Shown here piece after piece: positions 1 to 9,000 of a stretch of 32,000 nt of DNA. Numbering within the stretch: the first letter of the stretch is position 1; each line of letters starts with the position of its first letter. The position numbers were made by a program, and so were the translations under genes. Source of the DNA: Aeropyrum pernix K1 (GTDB lineage: Archaea; Thermoproteota; Thermoprotei_A; Sulfolobales; Acidilobaceae); NCBI RefSeq assembly GCF_000011125.1, contig NC_000854.2, forward strand, positions 1,620,001 through 1,652,000, in the 5' to 3' direction. Under the pieces are notes generated by a model that was given only the letters and a program-made list of their open reading frames with translations, had not been told where the DNA came from and ran no database searches.

Positions 1-145
1 CGCCTACACGGTACACCCACTCCCTTATCGAGCTGGAGAGGCTAGGCCTACCAGGCTTGGGGCTACAGTTCCCCGCGATTTCCTCTAACAGGGAGGTCCT
101 GTCCTTCGCACTGGCTATTGCCTTCTGCAGGAAGCTATCTCTCAC
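1..145 (-). CDS. trpC: Partial CDS (N-terminus only; runs off the left edge), probable indole-3-glycerol-phosphate synthase
   Basis: Not in the ORF track because it is truncated. GTG at 145-143 overlaps the trpF stop as GTGA. The frame stays open to base 1 and reads VRDSFLQKAIASAKDRTSLLEEIAGNCSPKPGRPSLSSSIREWVYRVG. This resembles the TrpC N-terminal helix and RPS(F/L) segment, and the gene sits last in the trpA-B-F operon. Confidence 0.4.
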   Translation of the reverse strand, partial: MRDSFLQKAIASAKDRTSLLEEIAGNCSPKPGRPSLSSSIREWVYRVG

Positions 146-789
146 GAACTACACCTCTTAGCGCCCATGATAAGCTCTGCGGATAAGAGTGGGTCTTTAA
201 CGCCGGGCACTCCTGTCTCAACGCCTCTACTCACATCTATCAGTGAAACCCCTGTTTCCACAGCCTTGCATGCGTCTCTTGGAGTTAATCCTCCGGCTAG
301 CCCCACTCGGTGGCTGCATCTGGACGCTTTTGCTGCCTCGTTGAGAGGGATTCTGTCTCTCAAACCCTTAGTAGTGTCGAGTAGGATGTACTCTGGCTCC
401 ACTCCCTCTTTGTTTAGCTCATTTATGTAGCCACAGGGCTCCTGAGGCTTCCAAGCGGAGCCAGTGTACTCGACCACGACTGCCAGGGTGACTCCTAGAG
501 GGTCTAATGTAGCCTGGAGGCTGGCAGCCGATGAGGGGAGAAGGGGCTCGTGGTACTGTAGTACGTCGAAGCCGTCTGCGGCTGCGGCTGCATAGCTGGG
601 CGAAGACCCGTGGACTACTAGGACGGTCTTGCTCTTCTCGATTTGAGAAGCCATGATTCTGGCCGCCTCCAGGGGAACACTCCTCGGGCCTCCCAGGAGG
701 CTGTGCACGAACCCGATGTAGTCAACCAGCCCGTCGAGCTGCAGTGCAGACTCTAGCTTTTTGACCCCGCATATCTTCACTTTCACCAC
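142..789 (-). CDS. trpF: Phosphoribosylanthranilate isomerase
   Basis: 215 aa. N-terminus VKVKICGV is typical of PRAI (KICG motif). GTG start overlaps the trpB stop (GTGGTGA). Operon context. Confidence 0.85.
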   Translation of the reverse strand: MVKVKICGVKKLESALQLDGLVDYIGFVHSLLGGPRSVPLEAARIMASQIEKSKTVLVVHGSSPSYAAAAADGFDVLQYHEPLLPSSAASLQATLDPLGVTLAVVVEYTGSAWKPQEPCGYINELNKEGVEPEYILLDTTKGLRDRIPLNEAAKASRCSHRVGLAGGLTPRDACKAVETGVSLIDVSRGVETGVPGVKDPLLSAELIMGAKRCSS

Positions 790-2066
790 ATAGAAGCACC
801 TCTTATCTCTAAAGCCTTCTGAAGGGCGTCCAGATCTAGGAGGCCGTGGCCGCTAAGGTTAAACGCGACTACAGAACCATCAGGCAGTTTTCTAGCGATT
901 CTGGCAGCCAACGCGACGGCATGGCTGCTCTCAGGGGCTGGGACCACCCCCTCACTCCGCGCCATAAGCAGTATTGACGCGAGAGCCTCCTCTTGGGGTA
1001 TTGCTTCCGCCTCAACCAGGCCGAGACGGCGTAGGATGCTGAGGCTCGGGGACACCCCGTGGTAGCGGAGGCCCGCTGCGTGGCTGGGAGGTGGAGTGTA
1101 GCGGTGTCCTAGAGTGTACATCTTCGCTAGGGGGAGGATGAGGCTGGAGTCTAGGCCGTCGTACCTGTACTCGCCTCTTGTGAGCTTCGGCGCGGCGGTG
1201 CTCTCAGCCGCTATGAACCTTGTCTTCTCAAAGCCTTCGCCCCTGAGCCGGGCCCCTATCATGGGGTATGTGAAGCCTCCAAAGTTGCTGCCCCCTCCCA
1301 CACACGCTACAACAACGTCAGGCTCCTCGGGGAGCTGATCCAGAGCCTCTAAGCCTATGACGGTCTGGTGCATAAGGACTGCCTCCAGCACGCTCCCAGG
1401 TAGGTAGCGTCGGTCCCCTGATTCCAGGGTGTACTCCACAGCCTCTGCTATAGCAAGGCCAAGGCTACCCGGGTGGGTGCTACCATACTCCTCCAAGGCC
1501 TCCCTGCCTGTGTCAGTAAGCTTGCTCGGGCTAGAGATCACTCTAGCGCCCTGGGCCTCCATGAGAAGTCTCCTCTGGATCTTCGACTTGAAGCTGCTGG
1601 CAGTCATGAACACTGTAGCCTTCAAACCCATTAATGCTGCGGCAGTGGAGGCCGCTAACCCCCATTGGCCTGCTCCAGTTTCTGTCACAATCTCTTTAGC
1701 TCCGTCTAGCTTAGCGTAATAGGCCTGGGCTATGGCCGTGTTAATCTTGTGGCTCCCCGTAGGTAGAACGGCCTCACTCTTATAATATATCCGAACCCTA
1801 CCTTTCACCCCGAGGACCTTCTCCAGCCCTTCGGCCCTGATGAGAGGGGTAGGCCTGCCAATCCTGGCTAGTGCCTTCCTCACCTCGCCGGGAATGTCAA
1901 CCCACCTCGCCAGGATGTACTCATCCTCTATCAACCTAGACGGCAGGATCCTCGAGAGGAGAGCGATCCTACTCTCCTCCCGCAACCCCTCGGGATCCCT
2001 TAAAGGAGGCAGCGGCTCCGGCAGGTCGGCGGCAATATTATACCATCTAAGGGGAACTGACACCAT
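783..2066 (-). CDS. trpB: Tryptophan synthase beta chain, TrpB2 (TrpEb_2) type
   Basis: 427 aa. Long N-terminus WYNIAADLPEPLPPLRDPEG, then GRPTPL, PTGSHKINTA (PLP lysine), TETGAGQWG, GGGSNFGG and NLSGHGLLDL. This closely matches remembered Sulfolobus TrpB2 sequences rather than the TrpB1 FGGxYVPE type. Confidence 0.95.
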   Translation of the reverse strand: MVSVPLRWYNIAADLPEPLPPLRDPEGLREESRIALLSRILPSRLIEDEYILARWVDIPGEVRKALARIGRPTPLIRAEGLEKVLGVKGRVRIYYKSEAVLPTGSHKINTAIAQAYYAKLDGAKEIVTETGAGQWGLAASTAAALMGLKATVFMTASSFKSKIQRRLLMEAQGARVISSPSKLTDTGREALEEYGSTHPGSLGLAIAEAVEYTLESGDRRYLPGSVLEAVLMHQTVIGLEALDQLPEEPDVVVACVGGGSNFGGFTYPMIGARLRGEGFEKTRFIAAESTAAPKLTRGEYRYDGLDSSLILPLAKMYTLGHRYTPPPSHAAGLRYHGVSPSLSILRRLGLVEAEAIPQEEALASILLMARSEGVVPAPESSHAVALAARIARKLPDGSVVAFNLSGHGLLDLDALQKALEIRGASMW

Positions 2067-2071
2067 CTCCT

Positions 2072-2830
2072 CTAGCCACCTCTCTCACTTATGGCTGCGC
2101 GTATGCTACAGGCTAAGTGGCGAGCCTCCCCTAGCCTGCCGGACGAGACTAGGCGTGCAACTTCTGATCCCACAACGACGGCGTCTGCACCCGCCTCTAG
2201 GACCCTTAGAGCGTCTTCAGGGCTTTTGATGCTGAAGCCGGCTAGCATGTACACCTGCCCAACTATCTTCCTAGCAGTCTTCACGTTGCGCAGAAAGGCT
2301 AGTGGCAGCTTCACCCCTGTAGCTGGCTGAAGGCCCAGGTATATGAGGAGAGGGTCCAGTCTCCTATACCTGTCTAGCCAGCGGTGTGGGAATTTGGGTG
2401 AGGCGAAGAGACTCGGTTCCATGCCGAGCCGCCTAGACTCCTCAACGTACCATTCCACATGGCCAGGCAGCTCGAAGGGGAGGTCCGGAGGGAGAACGCT
2501 TAATGCCCCTTTTCTGGAAGCTTCCCTCAGTACTTCGCTGAAGCTCCACGGCTGTTCGGTGGCGTAGGCCATCACTATATATGGGACTCCGGCCTCTTGA
2601 GAAGCCTCCTCGGCTAGGCTGAGGGTTTTTGGCCCTGAGTAGCCGGACTCGACTGCTTTGAGGTGTGTGAGCCTTATGGTAGGCCCGTCGTAGAGCGGCT
2701 TGGGCGTGGGTATTCCTAGCTCCAGATAGTCTACACAACCTTTCAGGGTCGAGGCGATCTCGAGGAACGTGTCGGGGCTAGGCCAGGCTATTGTGAGGTA
2801 CACTGAAAAGCCGGGCCTAGCTATAGCCAT
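2072..2830 (-). CDS. trpA: Tryptophan synthase alpha chain
   Basis: 252 aa. [17 protein letters not shown] matches the TrpA ELGxPFSDPxADGPxIQ motif. C-terminal GFSI...VVVGS segment. GGTGA Shine-Dalgarno box 10 nt upstream of the ATG. Confidence 0.9.
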
Positions 2831-2981
2831 TGGCTCTTCATCACCGGTCCAGCCTCCTCCAGGGGCTCGTTGAATTGGGAACTCGTCACTTTTAAGCTAT
2901 AGCCTATTGGAGATCGGTTGAAAGAGCTTAAATACAGGTCGAGGCTGCTAGTTGTAGAATTGTGGTGAGAGAAATGAGCCA
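2831..2981. promoter_or_regulatory. Bidirectional trp promoter/leader region
   Basis: 151-bp divergent intergenic region. TATA-like AGCTTAAAAG (minus sense, about 2889-2901) and AGCTTAAATA (plus sense, 2925-2934). Shine-Dalgarno boxes GGAGGAGG/GGTGA on the trpA side and GGTGA at 2964-2968 on the trpD side. Repeated elements are described in the findings. Confidence 0.5.
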
Positions 2982-4019
2982 ATGGTAAATAGTTTTGAAA
3001 AGTCTCGCTTCCTCCTTGTTAAAAAGCTCCTTGAAGGCGAGCCTCTGACCCCTGGGGAGGCCGCTCAACTTGCCCAAGCCATGCTCGACCCCTCCTTCGA
3101 CAACTCCCTCAAAGCAGCCGCCTTAGCGGCATTGAGGGTTAGAGGCGAGCAGCCTGGCGAGGTTGTAGGGTTTGCAAGGGCTCTTAGGGATAGAGCTGTT
3201 AGAGTTGAGTACGGTGGCGAGGTACTCTTGGATACCGCTGGCACCGGAGGCGACGGACTGAGCACACTCAACGCCAGCACTGCTGCTGCGCTGGTAGCGG
3301 CGAGCCTAGGGGTGCCGACAGCTAAGCACGGGAACAGGAGTTTCTCAAGCAAGAGCGGAAGCGCCGATGTAATGGAGATGCTGGGCTACAATATAAATCA
3401 TAGGGCTGATAGGGCTGTCAGAATGCTTTCTACACTGGGTTTCACCTTCCTCTATGCCCCGAACTATCACCCTGCTATGAAGGCTGTGGTGCCTGTAAGG
3501 AGAAAGCTCGCTACGCGAACGATATTTAACCTAGTGGGCCCGTTAGCAAACCCTGCCTTCAACAACGTTCAGGTGATAGGTGTTGCTAGGAGGAGCCTAA
3601 TGCCAGTTATTGCAAGTGCAGCATCGCTCCTAGGCTATGATGCAGTCCTTGTCGTTCATGGAGACCCCGGGATGGATGAGGTAAGTGTTACGGGAGAGAC
3701 CAAAATCCTGGAGGTTAGGAGGGGTAGGATAGAAGAGTATAGTATTACGCCCGAAGACCTGGGCCTGCCTATAACAGGTTTGAAGGAGCTTAGAGTCGCA
3801 AACGCTGTTGAGAGTGCAGAGAGGGTTAGGAGAGCCCTCTCCGGTAGGGGCAGGAGGAGTGATGAGGCTTTTATAGCTGCTAACGCTGCGGCAGCTCTCT
3901 ATGTCGCAGGGTTTGAGAAAGACTTGAAGGGTGCTGCAGAGGCTGCAGTACAGGCTATAAGAGAGGGCAGGCCTGCGGCACTGCTGGAGAAGGCTGTCAA
4001 GGCCTCCCTGGGGATGTGA
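2982..4019 (+). CDS. trpD: Anthranilate phosphoribosyltransferase
   Basis: 345 aa. DTAGTGGDG (GTGGD motif), KHGNRSFSSKSGSADV, NLVGPLANP. Confidence 0.95.
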   Translation: MVNSFEKSRFLLVKKLLEGEPLTPGEAAQLAQAMLDPSFDNSLKAAALAALRVRGEQPGEVVGFARALRDRAVRVEYGGEVLLDTAGTGGDGLSTLNASTAAALVAASLGVPTAKHGNRSFSSKSGSADVMEMLGYNINHRADRAVRMLSTLGFTFLYAPNYHPAMKAVVPVRRKLATRTIFNLVGPLANPAFNNVQVIGVARRSLMPVIASAASLLGYDAVLVVHGDPGMDEVSVTGETKILEVRRGRIEEYSITPEDLGLPITGLKELRVANAVESAERVRRALSGRGRRSDEAFIAANAAAALYVAGFEKDLKGAAEAAVQAIREGRPAALLEKAVKASLGM

Positions 4020-4022
4020 GAT

Positions 4023-5339
4023 TTGCCTTCACCCCCAGAGCCTCCCCTCCACTGGAGGGACTGTAGGCTAGAGCCTATCCTAGGATTTCCTAGGCCTAGG
4101 GAGCTAGCCAAGTCACTTGAAGTCCAGGGGGAGGAGTGGATAGCACTCCTTGAGAGTGGGGGAGGCCTACAGCATAGGAGCAGGTACTCTTTCCTAGCGT
4201 GGGGCAGGAGAAAGTCGAGTGAAACAGACGCTATCAGGGCGTATGAGGAACTCGAGCGCTTAGCGGACGATAAGTGCAGGGCGCTGCCTTGCCGCAGCCC
4301 CACGTTCTTTCTGGTATCCTATGAGGCTGTTGTCGGTGAGGAGCCGTGGCTATCGCGGCTGGTTGGTAGGCATGAGTGGCCAGGTATGACAGCCTTCTCC
4401 CCTGAATATGTTGTAGTCTACGATCACGCAGGGGGAAGGGTGTCGGTTTGCCCAGGTGACACCCCCCTTCCGGCGCCGGCGAGTAGGAAAGAGAGTTTCT
4501 CGGCGGAAGGCCCTACCTATGAGACCTCCAGGAAAGGGTTCGAAGCTATGGTCGCTGACGCGTTGGAGAGGATCAGGGCTGGAGAGGCTTTCCAGGTAGT
4601 GTTATCCAGGGTTGAGAGGTATAGGGTCTGGGGGAGCCTGTTTAGCGCGTATGAGAGGCTCGCCGATGCCAACCCTAGTCCCTACCTATACTACGCTAGG
4701 CTGGGCGGCAGGGTTATCATAGGGAGTAGCCCGGAGCTCCTGGTCAAGCTGGAGGCGGGCAGAGTTGAGACTCACCCGATAGCTGGTACCAGGCCTCGCG
4801 GCTCAACGCCCATTGAGGACATCGAGTTAGAAGTAGAGTTGTTGAACGACGAGAAGGAGAGGGCAGAGCATGTGATGCTTGTTGACCTGGCTAGGAACGA
4901 TATAACCCGTGTATCGATCCCTGGAACCGTACAGGTAACAAGCTTCATGGATATCGAGAGATACGAGACTGTAATGCATATAGTAAGCAGGGTTGAAGGA
5001 GTGACAAGGCCCAGCACCACATTCGTCGAAGCCCTTAAAGCCCTCCACCCTGCAGGCACGGTTAGCGGAGCGCCAAAGCCTAGGGCCATGGAAATTATAG
5101 CCGAACTAGAGGAAGAGGCCAGGGGCCCCTACGCAGGAGCCATAGGAGTAGCGGGTTCTAGCGCGGGCGAGGCGGCCATAGTGCTGAGGAGCGCCTGGCT
5201 CCTAGATGACGGGGAGACCTTGGAAGCTAGAGCTGGCGCCGGGATAGTCTATGATAGCAAGCCCGAGAGAGAGTACATGGAGACTGTCCAGAAACTCGGA
5301 AGCCTAAAGAGGGCTCTGGGGGTGGATATGTGTGGCTGA
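4023..5339 (+). CDS. trpE: Anthranilate synthase component I
   Basis: 438 aa. TTG start 3 nt after the trpD stop. SSPELLV, IAGTRPRG, EKERAEHVMLVDLARND, HPAGTVSGAPKPRAMEII, RGPYAGAIG. Confidence 0.95.
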   Translation: MPSPPEPPLHWRDCRLEPILGFPRPRELAKSLEVQGEEWIALLESGGGLQHRSRYSFLAWGRRKSSETDAIRAYEELERLADDKCRALPCRSPTFFLVSYEAVVGEEPWLSRLVGRHEWPGMTAFSPEYVVVYDHAGGRVSVCPGDTPLPAPASRKESFSAEGPTYETSRKGFEAMVADALERIRAGEAFQVVLSRVERYRVWGSLFSAYERLADANPSPYLYYARLGGRVIIGSSPELLVKLEAGRVETHPIAGTRPRGSTPIEDIELEVELLNDEKERAEHVMLVDLARNDITRVSIPGTVQVTSFMDIERYETVMHIVSRVEGVTRPSTTFVEALKALHPAGTVSGAPKPRAMEIIAELEEEARGPYAGAIGVAGSSAGEAAIVLRSAWLLDDGETLEARAGAGIVYDSKPEREYMETVQKLGSLKRALGVDMCG

Positions 5340-5922
5340 CACGAAGGTGCTGGTCATAGACAACTACGATAGCTTCGTTTACAACATTGTAGATGTGCTG
5401 GCGAGGCTCGGAGCCGAGAGTATAGTGCTTAGAAATGATGAGGTGTCACCTAAAATCGCCAGGAGGCTGAAACCGGATAGAATTGTGATAAGCCCCGGAC
5501 CCGGGAACCCGTTAAACCCTCGTGATTCCGGCAGAGCGCCTGATATAGTGAGGGAGATGGCGAGGAACACTCCCGTCCTGGGCATCTGCCTCGGCCACCA
5601 AATCATCGGGCTCCTATATGGCGCGAAGGTAGAGAGGGCTCCCAAACCAATGCATGGGAAGACTAGTCCTGTGGAACACTACGGTCACAAGCTATACAGA
5701 GGAGTCCCTAGGGTGTTCCAGGCTATGCGCTACCACAGCCTAGCAGTATACGACCCTCCCGAGGAACTACAAGTCGATAGCGTCAGTTTGGACGACAAGG
5801 TAATCATGGGTATAAGCCACGCCGAGTTACCTGTCTACGGAGTCCAATTCCACCCCGAAAGCATAGGCACCCCCCACGGAGAGGTCATAGTGAGAAACTT
5901 CCTAGACGATCCCTGGCCGTGA
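5332..5922 (+). CDS. trpG: Anthranilate synthase component II (glutamine amidotransferase)
   Basis: 196 aa. GTG start overlaps the trpE end by 8 nt. VIDNYDSFVYNIV, ISPGPGNP, GICLGHQ (catalytic Cys), VQFHPES. Confidence 0.95.
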   Translation: MADTKVLVIDNYDSFVYNIVDVLARLGAESIVLRNDEVSPKIARRLKPDRIVISPGPGNPLNPRDSGRAPDIVREMARNTPVLGICLGHQIIGLLYGAKVERAPKPMHGKTSPVEHYGHKLYRGVPRVFQAMRYHSLAVYDPPEELQVDSVSLDDKVIMGISHAELPVYGVQFHPESIGTPHGEVIVRNFLDDPWP

Positions 5923-6055
5923 GCCCCATAAACGGCTCCACCGCCTGCCAACGTTGAAAAAACCTTGGGATAATGATCGCTTTAGCCCCATAGGGTTATG
6001 GAGGATTTGAAACTGAGCTAAGCTCCCATATTCAAGTGGCTTGTTTCCGGGTGTG

Positions 6056-6070
6056 CCAAAATAAAAAGGT
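6056..6070 (-). terminator. T-rich tract downstream of aioA (archaeal oligo-T terminator candidate)
   Basis: The minus strand reads ACCTTTTTATTTTGG, 22-36 nt after the aioA stop at 6092. Confidence 0.3.
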
Positions 6071-6091
6071 TGGGAAACTATTTATGTTCAT

Positions 6092-9000
6092 CTAGCGAAC
6101 GGCAAATCTTATGTCCTTGAACGTAACTTTCTTTATAATCGTCTCGTCAGCCCTGCCTATCTTCCTCAGATTTGCTAGGGTGAGCTTGTAGTCGGGGTTC
6201 TGTGCTGCCGGGTCAACGCTTGGCGTCGTTACAGCGTTTGCACCTACCGCTTTCGGATGGGCCATTATGAGGAATATCGTGCCCGGCGCTACCACCCTCG
6301 TTACCCATACCATGGCTGTCGTGGAACCATAGTCGTTATAGATTACAACTATGTCGCCGTTCTCAAGACCTTCCTTCGCAGCGTCCTCCGGGTTGACCTG
6401 GACGATGTTCATCGGGTGTCTAGCCATAATTTCTACGACGTTGGGGTCTGCATAGCCTGTCTGCCATATAGCGTTGTACCTACCGTTGACAACCCAGTAC
6501 TTATAGCCCTTCCTTATCAGCTCGTCCACATACGGCGGGTACTTATCCCATACTGCTGGCCACGGTTTTAGGTGGCCTGGGACGTAGCTTCTAACAGTCT
6601 CGTTGGAAGGTACGACTTCGATCCTCCTGACTATGGTGCCGTCTGGCTTCACAACAACCACTTCCTCCCGGTAGGTGTCGTTTAGGGCGGGCTCCATGAT
6701 GTTTACCACTCCTCTGACCTCGATTGTGCCGTCTGGCTTCACGTCTAGCTTAGTTATCGGCAGTACGGTGCCGATGGTCCTGAGCTTCCTCAGTATGTTC
6801 AGGTCGAGCTTCTTGAACTCCGGCGTCCAGTACTGGACCTCCCAGTGGACTCCCAGCCTTGCATAGGCTTCGTCGGCGTTGGCTATGTAGGTTTTGAAGA
6901 TCTCGTTCTCAACCTCAACCGTCGGATCCCTAGCGTTGGCTTCCATGGCGTCCCATATAGGCTTAAAGGCCTTTCTGAACCTCTCTGCGACTGGGTCGCC
7001 ACCTCTACCCTCTTCTTCGTATAGCTCGACTATCCTCTTAGCTACGTTCGCGAGTATCCACCAGTCGGGCTTAGCCTCTCCCGGCGGGTCGAGCCAGGCG
7101 TCTGCTATCCTGAACCTCCTCTCGTGAACCCCCATTCTGACGTCGGGCCACTCTCCATTGTTGAACGCTGCAGGGAGTACTACGTGGGCGTCTTCAACCA
7201 TGAAGGTCGGGTAGATGTCCTCGACTATGACGAAGAGGCCTCCAGTCTCTTCAAGGGCCTGGAGCACCTTCTCGGCATACTCCCTGGAGGACGGCGGGGT
7301 CGTTATCACCGGCTCCAGAGCATTGGGGTCGTAGTTGGGCTCCGACTCTTTCCCTCCCACGTTGGCGTAGGCTTCGGCGAACACATACCTTGTTACCCTC
7401 CATGCCCTATCTCCCACGACTGCCTTGAGCCTCTGGGAGTTAGGCGCGAGCCTGTAGTTGTCCATGTCAATGACCCAGAGAACCTTACCCTCACCGTTAG
7501 CCAGCCTGAAATCAGTTGTTGGCATGTAGAAGTCGGCTCTCGGGTATTTCGTGTTATAGTACTCGTCGTAGAGGCTCTTGTCCGGATAAGCTATGTGATG
7601 CCTCTCATCGGTCCATGGCGGTGGTGGGGGCGCTGGGCTGGCGAAGCCCTCCTGGTGCCCTCCCTGCCTCTGGCAGCCACATCCCGGGAGACCTCTCGTT
7701 GCTCCAGCTATCATGCATAGGTCGAATAGGCTGTAGATGGATCTGTAGTTCTGGTTCCATATTATCCCCTTCTCGTACATTAACCATACTCTCTTGGGGT
7801 ATCCTCCCTCCTTCCTCTCGGCTATCCATTTGGCGGCTAGTTCTATCTTGTCCCTCGGCACTCCTGTTATGCTCTCGGCCTCGGCGAGGACCTCATCCAA
7901 CGTCTCCTCGCCGACCTGTAGCGCCTCCGAAACATACTTCTGGAAGCCCTCCTCATCCCATTTGAACCCCCAGCCGGCAGCTGATCTATAGTGGTTGACA
8001 AACTCCTCCACAACATCACCGTATCTCTCGTAAATGACTCTGGCTATCGCGTTCGCGAGCACTATGTCAGTGCCCGGCTTCACCTGAAGGTGCAACACCC
8101 TGTCCTTACCCGCGGCAGCTTCAGCTGCTTCAACAGTCTCCGTCCTCCTCGGATCAACAATTATTATCCTACTATCTATCACGGGCTCTCCGGGGTTAAA
8201 CCACCTCTGCTTCTCAGCCTTGGTGGCGCCCCTTAGATTGTCGAGGACGTGTTTCACGAACATGACAGTCGCAGTGGAGTAGGGATTATTACCCCACAGT
8301 ATTATCGTGTCGGCAAGCCTGAGGTCGTGGTAGGAGGTATTCATGGCGCCGGGTCCTGCATCGCCTGCCGCAGGGTTCTCGGGCCCGAAGAAGGGCCGGT
8401 TATGTATTCTGGCGAATGCTGTTCTCACGCCGTAGAAGAAGAACAGGCCGACGACTGTGTTGAAGATCATACCGCCACCGCCGCCGCCACCGTGGTCCAT
8501 ACGGTGGGCGAAGACTGCGTGCCCTTCCTTACCCCACCCTGGCCTCTCTATCCCCCACTTGTCGATAACTCCCTTGACAACCCTTGCAACAAGGTCTATA
8601 GCATACTCCCAGGAAACGGGCTCTAGCCTCCCACCGAACCTGACCAGGGGCTTAGTGAGCCTCCTCTCCCCAGCGATGTTCCAGGGGCTCCATATCCTCT
8701 CTGCCTGGGTACCGCCTCTCACCGAGTGGTTGCCCCAGTTTATGGGGCACTCGGGGCTCGGAACCTGCGCGACGTAAACCTCCCTCCAGCCTCCTGTCCC
8801 TCTACCCCTCTCCCAGGTTCTCCTTATCGTCTTGACTACCATAGCCTCGGATATCCAGGGCTCACCCTCCTCGGCGCTGAGGCCTGTGTGCTCCTTTGTG
8901 AAGTCGGGCTGCTTTACCAGGTTCCTCCCGTAAGCCTCGTCGACTATCTTATACTCTATACCGTGTCCACCTGGCTCCGGGGACCCCTCAGCACCGGCGG

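Noticed and set aside
5923-6091. The convergent trpG/aioA gap and other gaps (14759-14988, 21255-21438, 25147-25286, 31587-31799) were scanned for tRNA or other structured RNA genes.
   Set aside because: I saw no GC-rich acceptor or T-arm-like segments and no extended complementary stems. By-eye scanning cannot exclude small ncRNAs, so a covariance-model search (tRNAscan/Infernal) would be needed.
7124-7965. Plus-strand ORFs of 149-198 aa (7124-7720, 7516-7965), plus several others at 6257-9082, inside the aioA region.
   Set aside because: They are antisense or frame-shifted shadows of the strongly supported 1007-aa AioA gene. Their translations are low-complexity (Ser/Pro/Leu/Arg/Gly-rich) and carry no motifs.
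8471-8491. Run of seven Gly codons (ACCGCCACCGCCGCCGCCACC on the plus strand) in aioA considered as a slippage or frameshift tract.
   Set aside because: It corresponds to the conserved DHGG(A)GGG segment of AioA. The reading frame is intact on both sides, and the codons are mixed GGT/GGC rather than a homopolymer.
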